Shown one piece after another: positions 12,465 to 24,500 of a stretch of DNA of 64,000 nucleotides. The DNA comes from the human T2T-CHM13v2.0 reference genome, Homo sapiens, in the NCBI RefSeq assembly GCF_009914755.1, contig NC_060944.1; one strand, given 5' to 3'. The stretch's first letter is position 1. Each line of letters starts with the position of its first letter. Both the position numbers and the translations under genes were made by a program. The notes under the pieces were generated by a model. It saw nothing but the letters and a program-made list of their open reading frames with translations, was not told where the DNA came from and made no database searches.

Positions 12465-13300
12465 CATCCACATTTCCGACAAATGGTCTTTTGGCTCCTG
12501 CACCAACATCTTCAACAACTGGGAACTCTTTCTGAAAGTGTATCTCTTCTTTACAGAGTTCAGAAACTGAACTTGCTGCCTTCTTGAAGCTTTTCTTTAT
12601 TGACAAGTTTTTAAATATTTTAAGAATATTCGGAACAAGAAAGCAGAATAACACAGTGATTAAAGGTACAACCTTTGATGATCAACAGATCTGTGTTGGA
12701 ATACTTTCACTATTTACTAAATGATCTTAGACGAATTCCTCAATTGCTCTATTGCTTTGTTTTTTAATCTGCAAAATGGGGATAATATCATTACCCATCT
12801 TCTCCCTTTTAGGGTTCTGAGGATTAAATGAAGTAATGCTGGTAGTGATACACAGCACCCAGTCCATAGCAGGGGCTTGGTAAGGCTGGATACCTGCCCT
12901 GGCTAAGTGGGTTTTTCATATTTTCTTCCACCTTTCTCTATATTCTGTAATTATTGGCTCTTCCCAAGTCCTGCCCATATTCCTCTATATGTGGTCCTTG
13001 GAAATGAGGTATCTAGGCTTGAATGAGGCCTTCAGATGTGATCTTCAGGTCTCAGAATGGTAAACTTACTCCAACTTGCATCTGAGGCTTAATAGTATTC
13101 ATGCAATCCAGAATCTTGCTAGGTGTTTGGAGAACCACACAATCCCTTCAACCTACAACAATGCTGCAAAGGGAGAAGCTTCCAGGTGCTTTCCCTGGAC
13201 CTGAAGGTTTGCTGAATCATGGATCCTCAAGCTTGCGTTCGTGCGTTTGTGCTGGGATCCAGCACAGAACCTAACATTGGGTTCTGTTAAATATCTTATC
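12465..13300 (-). mobile_element. L3/CR1 LINE 3' fragment, split by a MIR
   Basis: The minus strand ttcccagttgttgaagatgttggtgcaggagccaaaagaccatttgtcgg resembles the CR1 C-terminal SPSLEVFKQRLD-coding segment; CR1-like cagatgtg... and gttctgttaaat continue at 12.95-13.3 kb. Confidence 0.5.
12650..12885 (+). mobile_element. MIR SINE
   Basis: MIR core tttttaatctgcaaaatggggataat...gaggattaaatga. Confidence 0.85.
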
Positions 13301-13309
13301 ACTTTTCTT

Positions 13310-13590
13310 CTAAAGAAACTTTAGAGACTCTTCATGACCTACAGAATAAAATCTAAACTTAGAAAACTTGTTGTCTGATTTCCCTGCTCTGCAGCAGGGA
13401 TTCCCAGAGGTAAGTGGATGCCCCTTGCACTTCCAAGCCCACTGTTAATGACATGCATGGTTGTGCCACTTGTGGTCTGGCTAATTGCATATATTCGCCT
13501 CTCTCCTAGACTGTGAGCTCCACAAGAAATTTTGTTCTCCCTTGTGGGCCACGATGCCTAGTACAGCATAGATAACCAACAAATATTTAC
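13310..13590 (+). mobile_element. L2 3' fragment
   Basis: acctacagaataaaatctaaact; ctagactgtgagctcc...tgcctagtacag...aaatattt. Confidence 0.65.
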
Positions 13591-13782
13591 CAATTTTAAG
13601 TCAGGATTTGATCCTGACACCTGCTCCCTTCACCTGGGTGGAATCGGTTGGAGATGGCCCATGGCCTGCTTGGAGTTCACGTTCATGTTGCTTTCCATGG
13701 TTCCTCAGGGGCCTATGCAATTCTTTTTGAAAGCTCATTTTGGCTCCATAACACTCTAGATGTCAGGTTTTGCTTCCTTTTG

Positions 13783-14235
13783 TTTTTTTTCTCTAACAGC
13801 TTCATTGAGATTTGATTCATATACCATAACATTTACCTGTTTAAAGTGTACCACTCAGTGGTTTTAGTGTATTCACAGACTCATGCAACCATCACCATAC
13901 CAATTTTAGAACATTTTAATCACCCCACAAAGAAACCCCATGGAGGGGGCAGGCATTCCCCATTCCTGCCCTCCACCCCCACCCCAAGCCCCTGGCAACC
14001 ACTAGGTGCCTCCTCCAAGCAGTTCATATAAATAGACATACAGTACATGTGCTTTTGTGACTGGTTTCTTTCACTGAACATACTGTTGAGAATCAGCCAT
14101 GGTGTGGTATACATCAGTTCTTTGCTCCTTTTGACTGCTGGGTAATATCCCCTTGTATGGATGGACACGCCACATGTTTTGATCCATTCGTCAGTGGATG
14201 AACACATGGGTTGTTTCTACTTTTTCTGGCTATCA
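13783..14235 (-). mobile_element. L1MB 3' end
   Basis: aacagcttcattgaga...ttaaagtgtac...gcaaccatcacc; the minus-strand ORF reads CSSTDEWIK..., as at the end of ORF2. Confidence 0.9.
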
Positions 14236-15979
14236 CTTTCAGTGCTGTCTGGATATAGTCCAATGAGGGTCACAGGAGAACAAGTAGAGGGTGATTTTTA
14301 AACGTGAGTAAATGATGCACACAGAGGTGCGTTTTAGGCCAGTGATGGTGCATAGTTTGCAGCATGCACACTGCCAGGCCCATACCCTCTTCTGGGTTCT
14401 CAAATCCCTTTTCTATGAAGATTATTTCTTCCCTTCTTAGTTAATTTCCTTAGATTCGATAGGCATCAATAGTGTGCTGTGGACGAATTCCGCCTTCTGA
14501 AAGCTCTGTAACTGGGACTCTATGAACAACTCGGGTGCAGAGAAGGATGAGCCTGTTGAGTGTGCAGGATCCTTTACTCAGCCTTGAGCCTCTCTATTCA
14601 CTGGCATTTTACAGTCACTTCAGGCTGGAAGCCATGCTGTGTGCGGTACTCCCAGTTCACCTGTATGTGAACACAGGACACTGAGGAAAAGCATTTCAAC
14701 AGCCTGACTTCCTCAGATACATACAACCTCTCCTCCCACCCCACACAAACTTGATTTTACTCTCCTTCCAGTGAGGGCAACATGTCAATCTCTTTTCAAA
14801 CCCCACGTGGAAAGCCTGGCTACAGTTTTGGTAACAATGAGGTACTTTCTTCTCATTTATGTTAGCACTCTCACCTGCTTAGCCTCAAAAACCCCCAGTA
14901 TAACCTTGCCTGAAGAAGTCGCTAAGGATGCTGGCATTATTTGTAAATCGATTGCAAATGGTACTCAGATATGAAGTTCTTCTGCGGTCTTCGTTAAAGC
15001 TTTGTATTATTCTATGTGAATATAAATAGATAATTATTTACTTAAAAAATATTTTGTGGGCTATAAAGGTAAATGCATAAACAGGTCCTACAAGAATATT
15101 CTTTATTTTTGTAATTAAAACTATTCATTTCTGCCAAATTTTCTTCACCTTTTATTTCATTCAGAATATTATTATTATTATTATTTGCTCTACTGTGGGC
15201 AAAGTTTCTAGAATAGCTCAAATTAAAAATATGTATATACTCCCTCACCCCCTTACTCTATTTATGCCATCAACTTTTCTCCATAAAAGAATCTCATTTT
15301 ATGCTTTCATTTTCCACATTGAACTTTTGGGTACAAGAAAGTGGGGGTGAAATATGAGTTCAGATGCCTGCAATTGTCTTGGAATATTTTTCTGCACACT
15401 CAAAAGCCTCCATTATGAACAAAGTCTGATGTTCGTTCACCCAGTGATGAATGCTGACTTAGCCTGAGAAAAAACTAATTAAAAATGTTGTGGAAAATGC
15501 AAACGTGGTTGATTTAAACAGCCAAAAGGAATTATCCTCTTGCAGTGTAAACTACCTATGGAGTGTTAAAGTTCTTGGAATCAATTAGTTTCTAGAAACC
15601 AAACAAATGATGATCTTACTCTTGTCCCCAAATGATAAAACAAAGGTTTGGTAAAAGAATACTATACATTACAGTTTTAACATTGGCGTTTAAAATTTTC
15701 TGTTTGTTTTTATTTTCTAATTTTTAGATAACTAAAGCCTAAAACTACAGCTAAATAGGATGTTTTAATTCACGCTAATTACCATAAAATTCATGAGGTA
15801 GGATTTTTTTTCTTAACCTTTCTTATTCACCTACTCCTTGCTCCAGAATTTCATTTTGGAGTCTATCAGAACAAAATTCTTTCGCTGCGCTCTCCAGTCC
15901 TGTTTGCTGAGTTCCGCAGGGTTTGCTGACAAGTTCTACTTGAGTAAATTGTATTTAGACAACCGTATATTTCATTTAG

Positions 15980-16130
15980 GCCTTTTGCAATGACTGGGCC
16001 AAGGTCAGTTTTATATTCTCCTGAAATCATAAAGTGACACTTGAGATAAACAGAATGTTTACTCTCTCCATGTGAGCTGAGGCTGATATGTAAATTTATC
16101 CTTATTCTTTCATCAAATTTGCATTTGCCC
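15980..16130. promoter_or_regulatory. Candidate enhancer motif cluster (C/EBP-like, NR5A/ERR, GATA, inverted FOX pair, octamer)
   Basis: TTTTGCAAT 15983, CCAAGGTCA 15999-16007, AGATAAACAGAATGTTTAC 16044-16062 and ATTTGCAT near 16117, in unique sequence. Confidence 0.4.
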
Positions 16131-17489
16131 TCTTAGCCAAACACTACAGACTTCCAAATCAAACAGTTTTGATGATGGTCAACTCTTTATGACCGATGGC
16201 CATATCAGAGAAAAAGAAACAGCCATTTAGATTAAAATGAAAAGCACAGTGCAACATAACTCTCCTCTCTAGGTTAGTGGTAATTGGATGAACTTTCATA
16301 CAAGAGGTGTTTTGATGCTTCGCTGCTTACCAGTAATTACCACGGGCTTCCGGCTTTGTGTGTGCCTGTGATGTACCCTTTATCTGTGACGAACACACCA
16401 TACTCACCTATCATCATTTTTTTTCCGGTCAAATAAACCAAGTACCTCTAAATAGATTCTTTATATTAAAGAAGGAGAAAAGAAAGGAAGGCGTAACAGA
16501 AAGACTTGATCCTCTCCTCAAATGAATACATTTGCTAACTCTAGCAAGAATAAGACACAATAAATAATGACAATACACAAGGTAGAAGATGAAAATCAGA
16601 ACTCTAGATTTTGTAGACTGTTGTCTTCCTATGAGGTTATTCTGTTTTCCAGTGTGTGCGCTCTACAGAGGTGACTTGTCGCCCAGGGCAAGGAGGTGTG
16701 TCACTCGCTTACTCCAAGGTGAGCTGGAATCTGTTAGGTAAAAAGCTCCCAGTGCCCAAAGAGCCTCGGGCCCGGTGAAAAAAGCCACTCCCAGCAGCTT
16801 AAATCTCTCTGATGCAGTTAAACAAGAGGCAGCCTCTGAGAACGTGAGGGATAAAATTAGTACCTGTGTTTGCTTTCCATTCTTTTTGAACAAAAGGAGC
16901 TATTTCTGTGTTCTGAGTTTGCAGAACACAGAGGGGATTAAGCAATGGGACCACACAACTCATTCCTTTCAGGTTGGGGGCTGGGTTAAACACTCAGCAT
17001 AGCTCCCCGGGAGCGGTAGCGCCCACTAGGTTTTATTCCCTCCTGAAAGTTGTGCTATCGGGGTCTTGCTCAGGGGAAATAGAGCTCCACAGCCCTGCTT
17101 GTGTTTTGTTTCGGCACCAAATGCAATGCTAGCAAGTTCAAAGCAAACGGTCTGCGAGACAGGCTGCACAAAGAAGAAAAAAGTGGCATTCTTTCAGGAG
17201 CTCCTGGATTCTGCTTCCTGTAAGGAATAAAAAATGAAGACTGTTGGCGCTGAGCCTTGCTAGGTTACTGAAGATCTCCCACTTGGAATGTCAGACACAT
17301 CAGTAAACGACTTGATCCAGAAACAGAACTAACGTAATTCACGCCATTGATACAACAGGACGAGTGTCTCTACCCAACTTCAGTGCTTGTCTTATGAAGA
17401 AGAAGACCAAGAAAAAGAAAGAAAGGAAAAGAGAAAGCAAAGAGGCAAGGGAGTGTGGGGGAAGGCAGAGAACACAGTTTCCTTTTCAG

Positions 17490-17720
17490 TGTGGCTGTCA
17501 AATGGCGATCTAATTGTGGCCGGGCTGCAGGAGAGCAGATAGCTTTTCTGAAGCCCGCAAGTATTTCTGCCATTCACCAGGCCGAAGGATGCCACACACA
17601 GTCTGTTTGTTCAACATAAGCAAACAGATTGTAAACTGGCTGATAATTTTTGTACTGACAATGTCATTTACAGCTGTCAGCCTTTCGTCTGCCTTGTTTG
17701 CTTTATTCAAATATGAACCA
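17490..17720. promoter_or_regulatory. Candidate enhancer (FOX, TALE/MEIS, GATA, E-box cluster)
   Basis: TCTGTTTG-N11-CAAACAGA, GTAAAC, TGATAA, TGACAATGTCA, TTACAGCTGTCA and TGTTTGCTT within about 110 nt of repeat-free DNA. Confidence 0.5.
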
Positions 17721-19233
17721 AGTGGACCTCCCTTCCAGCGCTTTCTTCTGCATTAAAATCACATCCATTCCCTTCCAAGCTGTCTTATCTAAAATTCATT
17801 GGAGGCCAATCAGTTGGCTGAATGCTTTGTTGTTTCCATGGAGGCAAGAAGTCTAGTGTGGACTTTCGGGGATTAGGAAGTTTCAGATTTACAGCCTTGA
17901 AGTGCGTGTTTCTTTCAGTTAGCTTCTTTTGATTGCAAAGAGGCAGGACATTTAAATATAATTTTATGTCTGAACCAGGAAGCAGTGCTTTAAAAACGTA
18001 ATCATTCTGGTTTGTGGCTCCCTCTTGCCAGCACTTGGCCTTACTTCTTCTGGTTTAGTCCTTGGAATGTGCCACCCTCGCAGCATGGATTGGCATTCTT
18101 CCTCTGCCCCTAGGTCATGACGGCTCCTTGGCCAGCGGGCACTGCTCAACTGCACCTCTTCTCTAAAATCCTGGCTTTGATCCTGCAGCCTGTCAGGGTG
18201 TCACCCACAAATCTTGAAGCCTCCTCTATTGTGAGTGGAGGTTGCAATACCTTCTGTTAAATAATTCACATCGGACTGGCTGTCTGGTGGCAGGCAGGCA
18301 GCTGCAGATATTGCCACTTTGCTCAGAGAGTACAGGCACAGTCTCCTTAAAAAAATAAGCCAGTGGCAAAGTTGCCTACTTCCCTGCACCTGGTGCTGGT
18401 GAGAGTTCCTAATTCCAGGATGTGCTTAACTCTGAACTTCAGCCTCATATTTTAAGGGCAACATAAAGAAAAAAGTGATGTTTGTTCCTGGGGATGGGGA
18501 GCCTTGCTGCATTCTTGGGAAAAGAGTGTTCTTTTGGCAAACGTGATTTCTGGTCTCTTACTCAAACAAGGAATATCTTAAAATCATCCATGATGTATTG
18601 GGCAATTCATTACTTACACTGAAGGCTTTAAAACATAACATCACTGGTACTCTGATTTGACTTTTGACTGTGGCAATTTGTTTAAGTTTGTTTCCCAATG
18701 CTTAAAACGGCATAAAGTTAATCAACCTCAGTAAGTGAATATTGAGAATATATTATATGTAACAATAAATTCATCACAAAAACTTTTATATATTTGGGAT
18801 AATTTCAAGTTGCATCCCTACTGAAATTTGCTGTTTTTTTCTTTAGATTTATTGCAACCAATCTCAAATATTTGTTTAGTATCAACTCTTAGCTTAGAAT
18901 ACATAAATCCTACTACAGGTACCAAATGAATATTACTCATGAAGTCATTTGAGAAAAGTTTGAGGTAGTGTCCAATCTCATGCTAGGTGGAATTTGGTAG
19001 AAAGTATGTATTTTTTAAAAGTTTCAGAGAAAAGAAGACTCAATAGAGGTTGCCACATGAGGGAATATTCATTCTATCTATTTAGTCAACATAAGAAGCA
19101 TACAATACTATGAGGAAGCTGGTAATTTTATGTGATAACAAGCTGTGCTATTATAGAATAGAATGTATTAGTTGCACTTATGTGAACTAATGTGTTGTAT
19201 GGACTGTGATCTGGTACATAGGCCTGCCTATTC

Positions 19234-19537
19234 TTTGTTTTGTTTTGTTTTGTTTTGTTTTGTTTTGTTTTGTTTTGTTTGAGACAGTCTCCCTCTGTTA
19301 CCCAGGCTGGAGGGCAGTAACACGATCTTGGCTCACTGCAAACTCTGCCTCCTGGGTTCAAGCGATTCTCCTGCCTCAGCCTCCTGAGTACCTGGGATTA
19401 CAGGTGCCCATCACCACACCTGGCTAATTTTTGTATTTTAGTAGAGACAGGGTTTCATCATGTTGGCCAGGCTGGTCTCGAACTCCTGAGCTCAGGTGAT
19501 CTGCCAGCCTTGGCCTTCCAAAGTGCTGGGACTACAG
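19234..19537 (-). mobile_element. AluS (Sx-like), slightly 5'-truncated, with (TTTTG)n tail
   Basis: Antisense Alu body from gagacagtctccctctg to gctgggactacag; tail converted to (TTTTG)~9 at 19234-19281. Confidence 0.93.
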
Positions 19538-19920
19538 ACTATCTGTTCTTTAATATAGAATGTTATTAACGGTCTGGAGTCCCCATGGTTACAATGTGTC
19601 CTGCTCTCTTGGAAGGCCACGCAATTTGCTACAGCTGAGACCTTGTTTCCCTATGACTTCAAAGAAGACCTTCTTGTTGTAAAACAAAGCATTAGTCTTT
19701 GCTTTTTATCTTTAAGACTTTAATCCTACTCTGGTGTATGTAGGGATATTTAGCTGTCAATATCCTGTTTTTTATGTTCTATTGAAATTATAATCATTTT
19801 AATATGTCAATTAAAATAAAATTGATCTACTTACTAAATTTTTATGCAATTTAGATGCTATATAGTTGATCAGTCACTAAAGTATTTATCTGAACCTATC
19901 CCCTACCATATAAAAAATTA

Positions 19921-20195
19921 CAGCACCCTTTGTGTGCAATTCCAAAAAGCAAGAAGCTCTGAATACTGAAATTTTAACATGACATGAACTGTACTGAGAA
20001 TATGTAAAATCTTTTATTCTGCATGCATTTGCTGCAGAAATATTTGTGTTTAATTATGAGATTGCTCCCCTAGACCCCACTGGGTATTTTATTAAACACA
20101 TGGAATATTGTTCATCTTATCTTTAAAAATCTTTAAGTTGCTGGATTCTGAACACTTTCAGACCCAAGGGTTTTGGACAGCATAGCACATACCTG
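19921..20195. mobile_element. MER46C-like TcMar-Tigger MITE
   Basis: Ends cagcaccctt...caattccaaaa...agctctgaa and gaacactttcagacccaagggttttgga...cctg. Confidence 0.65.
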
Positions 20196-20859
20196 TCTAA
20201 GGTGTGTTTCATGGTGACTCTATGAGAAGCAGATTAACACTCACACAAACTATTAAGACTTGTGGCTGAAAGGACTCTGCTGTGAACAGACAGGAAGAAA
20301 ATTGTAATTAGAAAAGGAAACTAAAACTTTGATCATATATGAGAATATAGAGGAGAGGAATTGGAGAAACAAGTTGTTGGTACAGCAGTCTGTAAAGCCA
20401 GGACAGCTGACAGCATCAATTTGATGTTTGGCGAACAATAGGTGGAGAGAAGACAAAGAGTTCTAAAGAAAGATAAAGCACATGAGAGAAAATGGAAATA
20501 AATGTGTCATCTGAATGAGGTATATTTTCTCCTTCTTTGCACAGATATTGCAACTCTTCTACAAGTTTGAAGTTACATCAAAACAATTTTTTAAAAAGTC
20601 AATAAAACCCCAAAGGAAGCATCAAAGAAAGTGAAGCACTCACAGAAAAACAAAGAACCTTCTTTGACGTTTTCTCCCTTTTCCTTTCAAGTGGCTAAAG
20701 TGGAAATGAGCAATCAGAAATGCAGTGGAATAAGAGAGAATGTAAGAATAAAGAAAAATGGGTGGAGAAAAAGAAAGAGAAGAGAGAAGGGGAGTATATC
20801 TGAAAACCATGTTTTGATGTTGTCTAACTCTTCAATAGTAGCTTACCGAACATCCCCTA

Positions 20860-21030
20860 TTGTGGGGCTCTGGACACATATCTTAATTTTTGTGTGCCTC
20901 AGTTTCTTCATCTGTAAAATGGGAGTGACATGGAATCCATCTCACTGGATTGCCATGAAAAGTAAATAAATAGAGATTCCAAAGGAAGTCTCACAAGCAC
21001 TCAGCAGATATTTGCCACATTTGCTATTGT
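20860..21030 (+). mobile_element. MIR SINE
   Basis: Core gtgcctcagtttcttcatctgtaaaatggga. Confidence 0.88.
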
Positions 21031-21036
21031 GATGTT

Positions 21037-21235
21037 TATTGGCATTATTCCTACTGTGTGCCAGGGCGGTGGGCCACGAGTTTCTCATTCATTACCCTCT
21101 TTTTACTTACAACAATGCTCTGAGGTAGATACTAATATTGTTCCCACTTTACAGATGGAGAAACTAAGGCTTAGAGAGCTTAACCAACGCAGGACAAATA
21201 TGTGAGGACTTGCTTGGAATGAAAACACATCTAGG
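21037..21235 (-). mobile_element. MIR SINE
   Basis: Antisense core tcccactttacagatggagaaactaaggcttagagag. Confidence 0.88.
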
Positions 21236-21460
21236 ATTACAGGGATGGAGGAACAAGGTCTGAGGGAAGGCTCAGCCACAATAACCACAGGAGGAGACTG
21301 CAGCAGGGAGGAGCTGCTGGGGCATCACATGTACATGGTAGTGCAGGGGGCCTCCAAGGAGCCACATGAGGGGCAGGTGAGCAGGTAAGCTGGGCAGTCC
21401 TCCCTCTTCCTCCTGTGCTAAGCAATCCCAGAGGATACTTGCCTCAGCCTGATAGTGGTA

Positions 21461-21808
21461 CGGTAGTGCCCTCTTATGCTTGAGGAATACATTCCAAGAC
21501 CCCACTGGTTGCCTGCTACTGTAGATAGTACCACACCCTATGTACACTAAATAACTAAGCCGACTAGTAAGTGACTGATGGATGGTGGTGTCTACAGTGT
21601 GGAGATGCTGGACAAAGGGATGATTTATGTCCTGTGCAAGACAAAGTGGGGCAGTGAGGAATTTCATCATGCTACTCAGAATGGCGCACAAGTTAGCATT
21701 TATGAAGTGTTTATTTCTAGAATTTTCCATTTAATATTTTCAGACTGTGGTTGACCACAGGTAATGGAAATGGCAGAAAGTAAAATCATGAATAAGGAGG
21801 GACTACTA
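21461..21808 (-). mobile_element. MER44A-like TcMar-Tigger MITE
   Basis: Terminal inverted repeats cggtagtgccctcttat / ataaggagggactacta, flanked by TA; about 348 bp. Confidence 0.85.
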
Positions 21809-21873
21809 TATTCTGGTAAATGTCTAACAAATGGCTCTCTGGCAAAAAGTGTGTGTGTGCGTGTTTGTTACAG

Positions 21874-23095
21874 ATATCTAGAAGAAAATATGGGAGAAAA
21901 GTTCCTTGACATTGGTCTTAGCAATGTTTTTTTTTTTTAATATGACACCAAAAGCACAAGCTACAAAAGCAAAAATAAGCGAGCAGGACGACATCAAACT
22001 AAAAAGCTTCTACACAGCAAAAGAAACAATCAACAAAACAAAAGGCAGCCTATGAAATGGGAGGAAATATTTGCAAACCATAAATCTGATAAGGTATTAA
22101 TATCCAAAATATATAAGGAACTTACACAACTCAATAGCAAAATAACCAAATAACTCAATTAAAAATGAGTAGGTATTTTTCCAAAGAAGACATATAAATG
22201 GCCAAGTGCATGAAAAGGTGAGCAACATCATTAATCATCAGGGAAGTGACAATCAAAACCATAATGAGTTATCACTTCACACCTCAGGATGGCTATTATC
22301 AAAAAGACAAGAAATAACAAGTGTTGGCGAGAGTGTGAAGAAAAGAGAGCCTTTGTGGTTGGTTGGAATGCAGACTGGTGCTGCAGTATGAAAAACTGTA
22401 TGGAGATTCCTCAAAAATTTAAAACTAGAATTATCATATGATCCAGCAATTCCTTTTTGGGTAATATATCCAAGGGAAACAAAATCAGAATCTTGAAGAA
22501 TTATCTGCACCCTCATGTTTATTCCAGCATCATTCACAATAAGCAAGACATGGAAACAATCTAAGTGTCCACTGACAAGAGATCAATGAATAAAGAAAAT
22601 GTAGAATACAATGGAATACTATTTAGCCCTTAAAAAGACAGAATTCTTGCCATTTGTGACAAAATGGATGAACCTGGAGGACATTATGCCTAGTGAAATA
22701 AGCCAGACACAGAAAGGCAAATACAGCATAATCTCACTAATACATGGCATCTAAAAAAGTCTGACTCATAGAAACAGAGTAGTGGTGATTAAAGGCTGGG
22801 AAGTGAGAGACATAGGGAGACTTTGGTCAAAGGGCACAAGGTTTCAGTCATAAGATGAAGAAGTTCTATAGATCTAATGCATAATTGGAGAATGTATTGA
22901 TAACTTGGAATTTTACGAGAGCAGATTTTAAGGATTAACACACATACACACACACACACACAAATAGTAACGAGTAGTAGTGGACGTGCTAGTTAATTTG
23001 ACTGTGGTAATCATTATGCAATGTATATGTATATCACGTCATCTCATAGTATACTTTGAATATACATTTTTGTCAATTAAATATTTTTTTAAAAT
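21874..23095 (+). mobile_element. L1MA8/9-like LINE-1 3' fragment
   Basis: ctagaagaaaatatggga...atcaaactaaaaagcttc...aacctggaggacattatg..., then an L1MA 3'UTR with a (CA)n tract. Confidence 0.92.
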
Positions 23096-23196
23096 ATTAT
23101 TAATTATAAATTCCATATAGCTAATTGATTTTAACAGAATTCTTTTGTTGATTTTGCTGAACTTTTGCCCTCATAGCCAACTACAAATCAATTCTT

Positions 23197-23509
23197 TTTT
23201 TTTTTTTTTTTTTTTTTTGAGATGGAGTCTCGCTCTGTTGCCCAGGCTGGATTGCAGTGGTGCAATCTCAGCTCACTGCAACCTCCGCCTCCACCTCACT
23301 GCAACCTCAAGTGATCCTCTCACCTCAGCCTCCCCAGTAGCTGAGACTACGGGTGGGCACCACCACACCCGGCTGATTTTTGTATTTTTAGTAGAGACGG
23401 GGTTTTACTATGTTGGCCAGGCTGGTCTCGAATTCCTGACCTCAAGTGATGCGCCTGCCTTGGCCTCCCAAAGTGCCGGGATTACAGGTGTGACCCATCA
23501 TGCTCAGCC
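23197..23509 (-). mobile_element. Alu (Sz/Jb-like), full length
   Basis: Poly-T then an antisense Alu; TSD tacaaatcaattctt at 23182-23196 and 23510-23524. Confidence 0.95.
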
Positions 23510-23984
23510 TACAAATCAATTCTTGATCACTCTCAGATTCTGCAAAGAAGCCCCTCACCTCAATGATGAGCAAATGCAACTCCAACATGAATGTTAGTTG
23601 ATGTTTTTGTTGATGTTAAGTAGTAAAATGAAAGTGAAACAATGAGGACATATATTGGGACTTTAGTTGTTCATCAGTGGAATGAATGGCTTCTTTGTTG
23701 AATTGGAGAACAGTTTTCAAATACTCAAAAAATATTTCCTGAAGTATGCTTTATGTGTTTTCATAATATAATGGCTATAAACGCAGCACATTTTTAAGTT
23801 TAACCTGCTATATTAACATTTTCTCCACCACTTTCTTAAGTCTAGACAAACAACGAAACAATAAATCAAGCTCTGATTTTCAGCATTTGCCAGTTTTCAC
23901 GGCTTGGATACTCTCATCACAGATGAATTCAAACTATCAACATGAACATGGATTTGGCAAGAGGTACCAACAGGATACCAGTAT

Positions 23985-24500
23985 CTACAGGTCTCATGAA
24001 GGAGGAAGCATTTGAATTTGGCTTGTAAAACATGGGGAACTTTGTATAGACAGAAATGGAGGGAGAGGACATTCCTGGCAAAAGACACACTTAAATAAAG
24101 GCAAAATAGGGAAACCATTTTGACATAGAGAGGCATCAAAGGGCCTACAGAAGACACCAAGAAAGACATGCAGGACCTTGGGAAAAAGATCTGGAATGTG
24201 ATTTCAAAGGACTCTGAATTCCTTTCTTATCCTATGAACTTTCCTTTTATCCCATTAAAGGTTTCGTTTCCTTTTGCTTTTGTTTGGTGGGGAATAATTT
24301 GTATGTTTGTATTGTTTTGTTATATGGAATGGAAGACAGAAAGGAAGCAAGAAGGATGGTGTGAAATGGTCAGATTTGATCTTTAAGGATAGTACTCTAA
24401 TAACCAGAGTTGTGGAAGGGATGGAAGCTGACAGACTAGAGGTGGGGAAAGTTGGGAGGAATTTACAAAAGTCAGCACCAGAGGGAATGAGACTGCACCA
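23985..24500 (-). mobile_element. L2 fragments
   Basis: ggaggaagcatttgaatttggcttgtaaaa and atggtcagatttgatctttaaggatagtactct are antisense L2 landmarks. Confidence 0.6.

Larger units (their letters stand above)
21453..23945. mobile_element. MER63-like hAT-Blackjack element, split into four pieces by later insertions
   Basis: Rejoining the pieces gives agtggta|ttctggtaaatgtctaacaaatggctctc at the left end and aataaatcaagctctgattttcagcatttgcc...caaactatcaacatg at the right, both MER63 hallmarks. Confidence 0.7.

Noticed and set aside
12445-12654. Protein-like 69-aa minus-strand ORF
   Set aside because: Better explained as a decayed L3/CR1 3' end.
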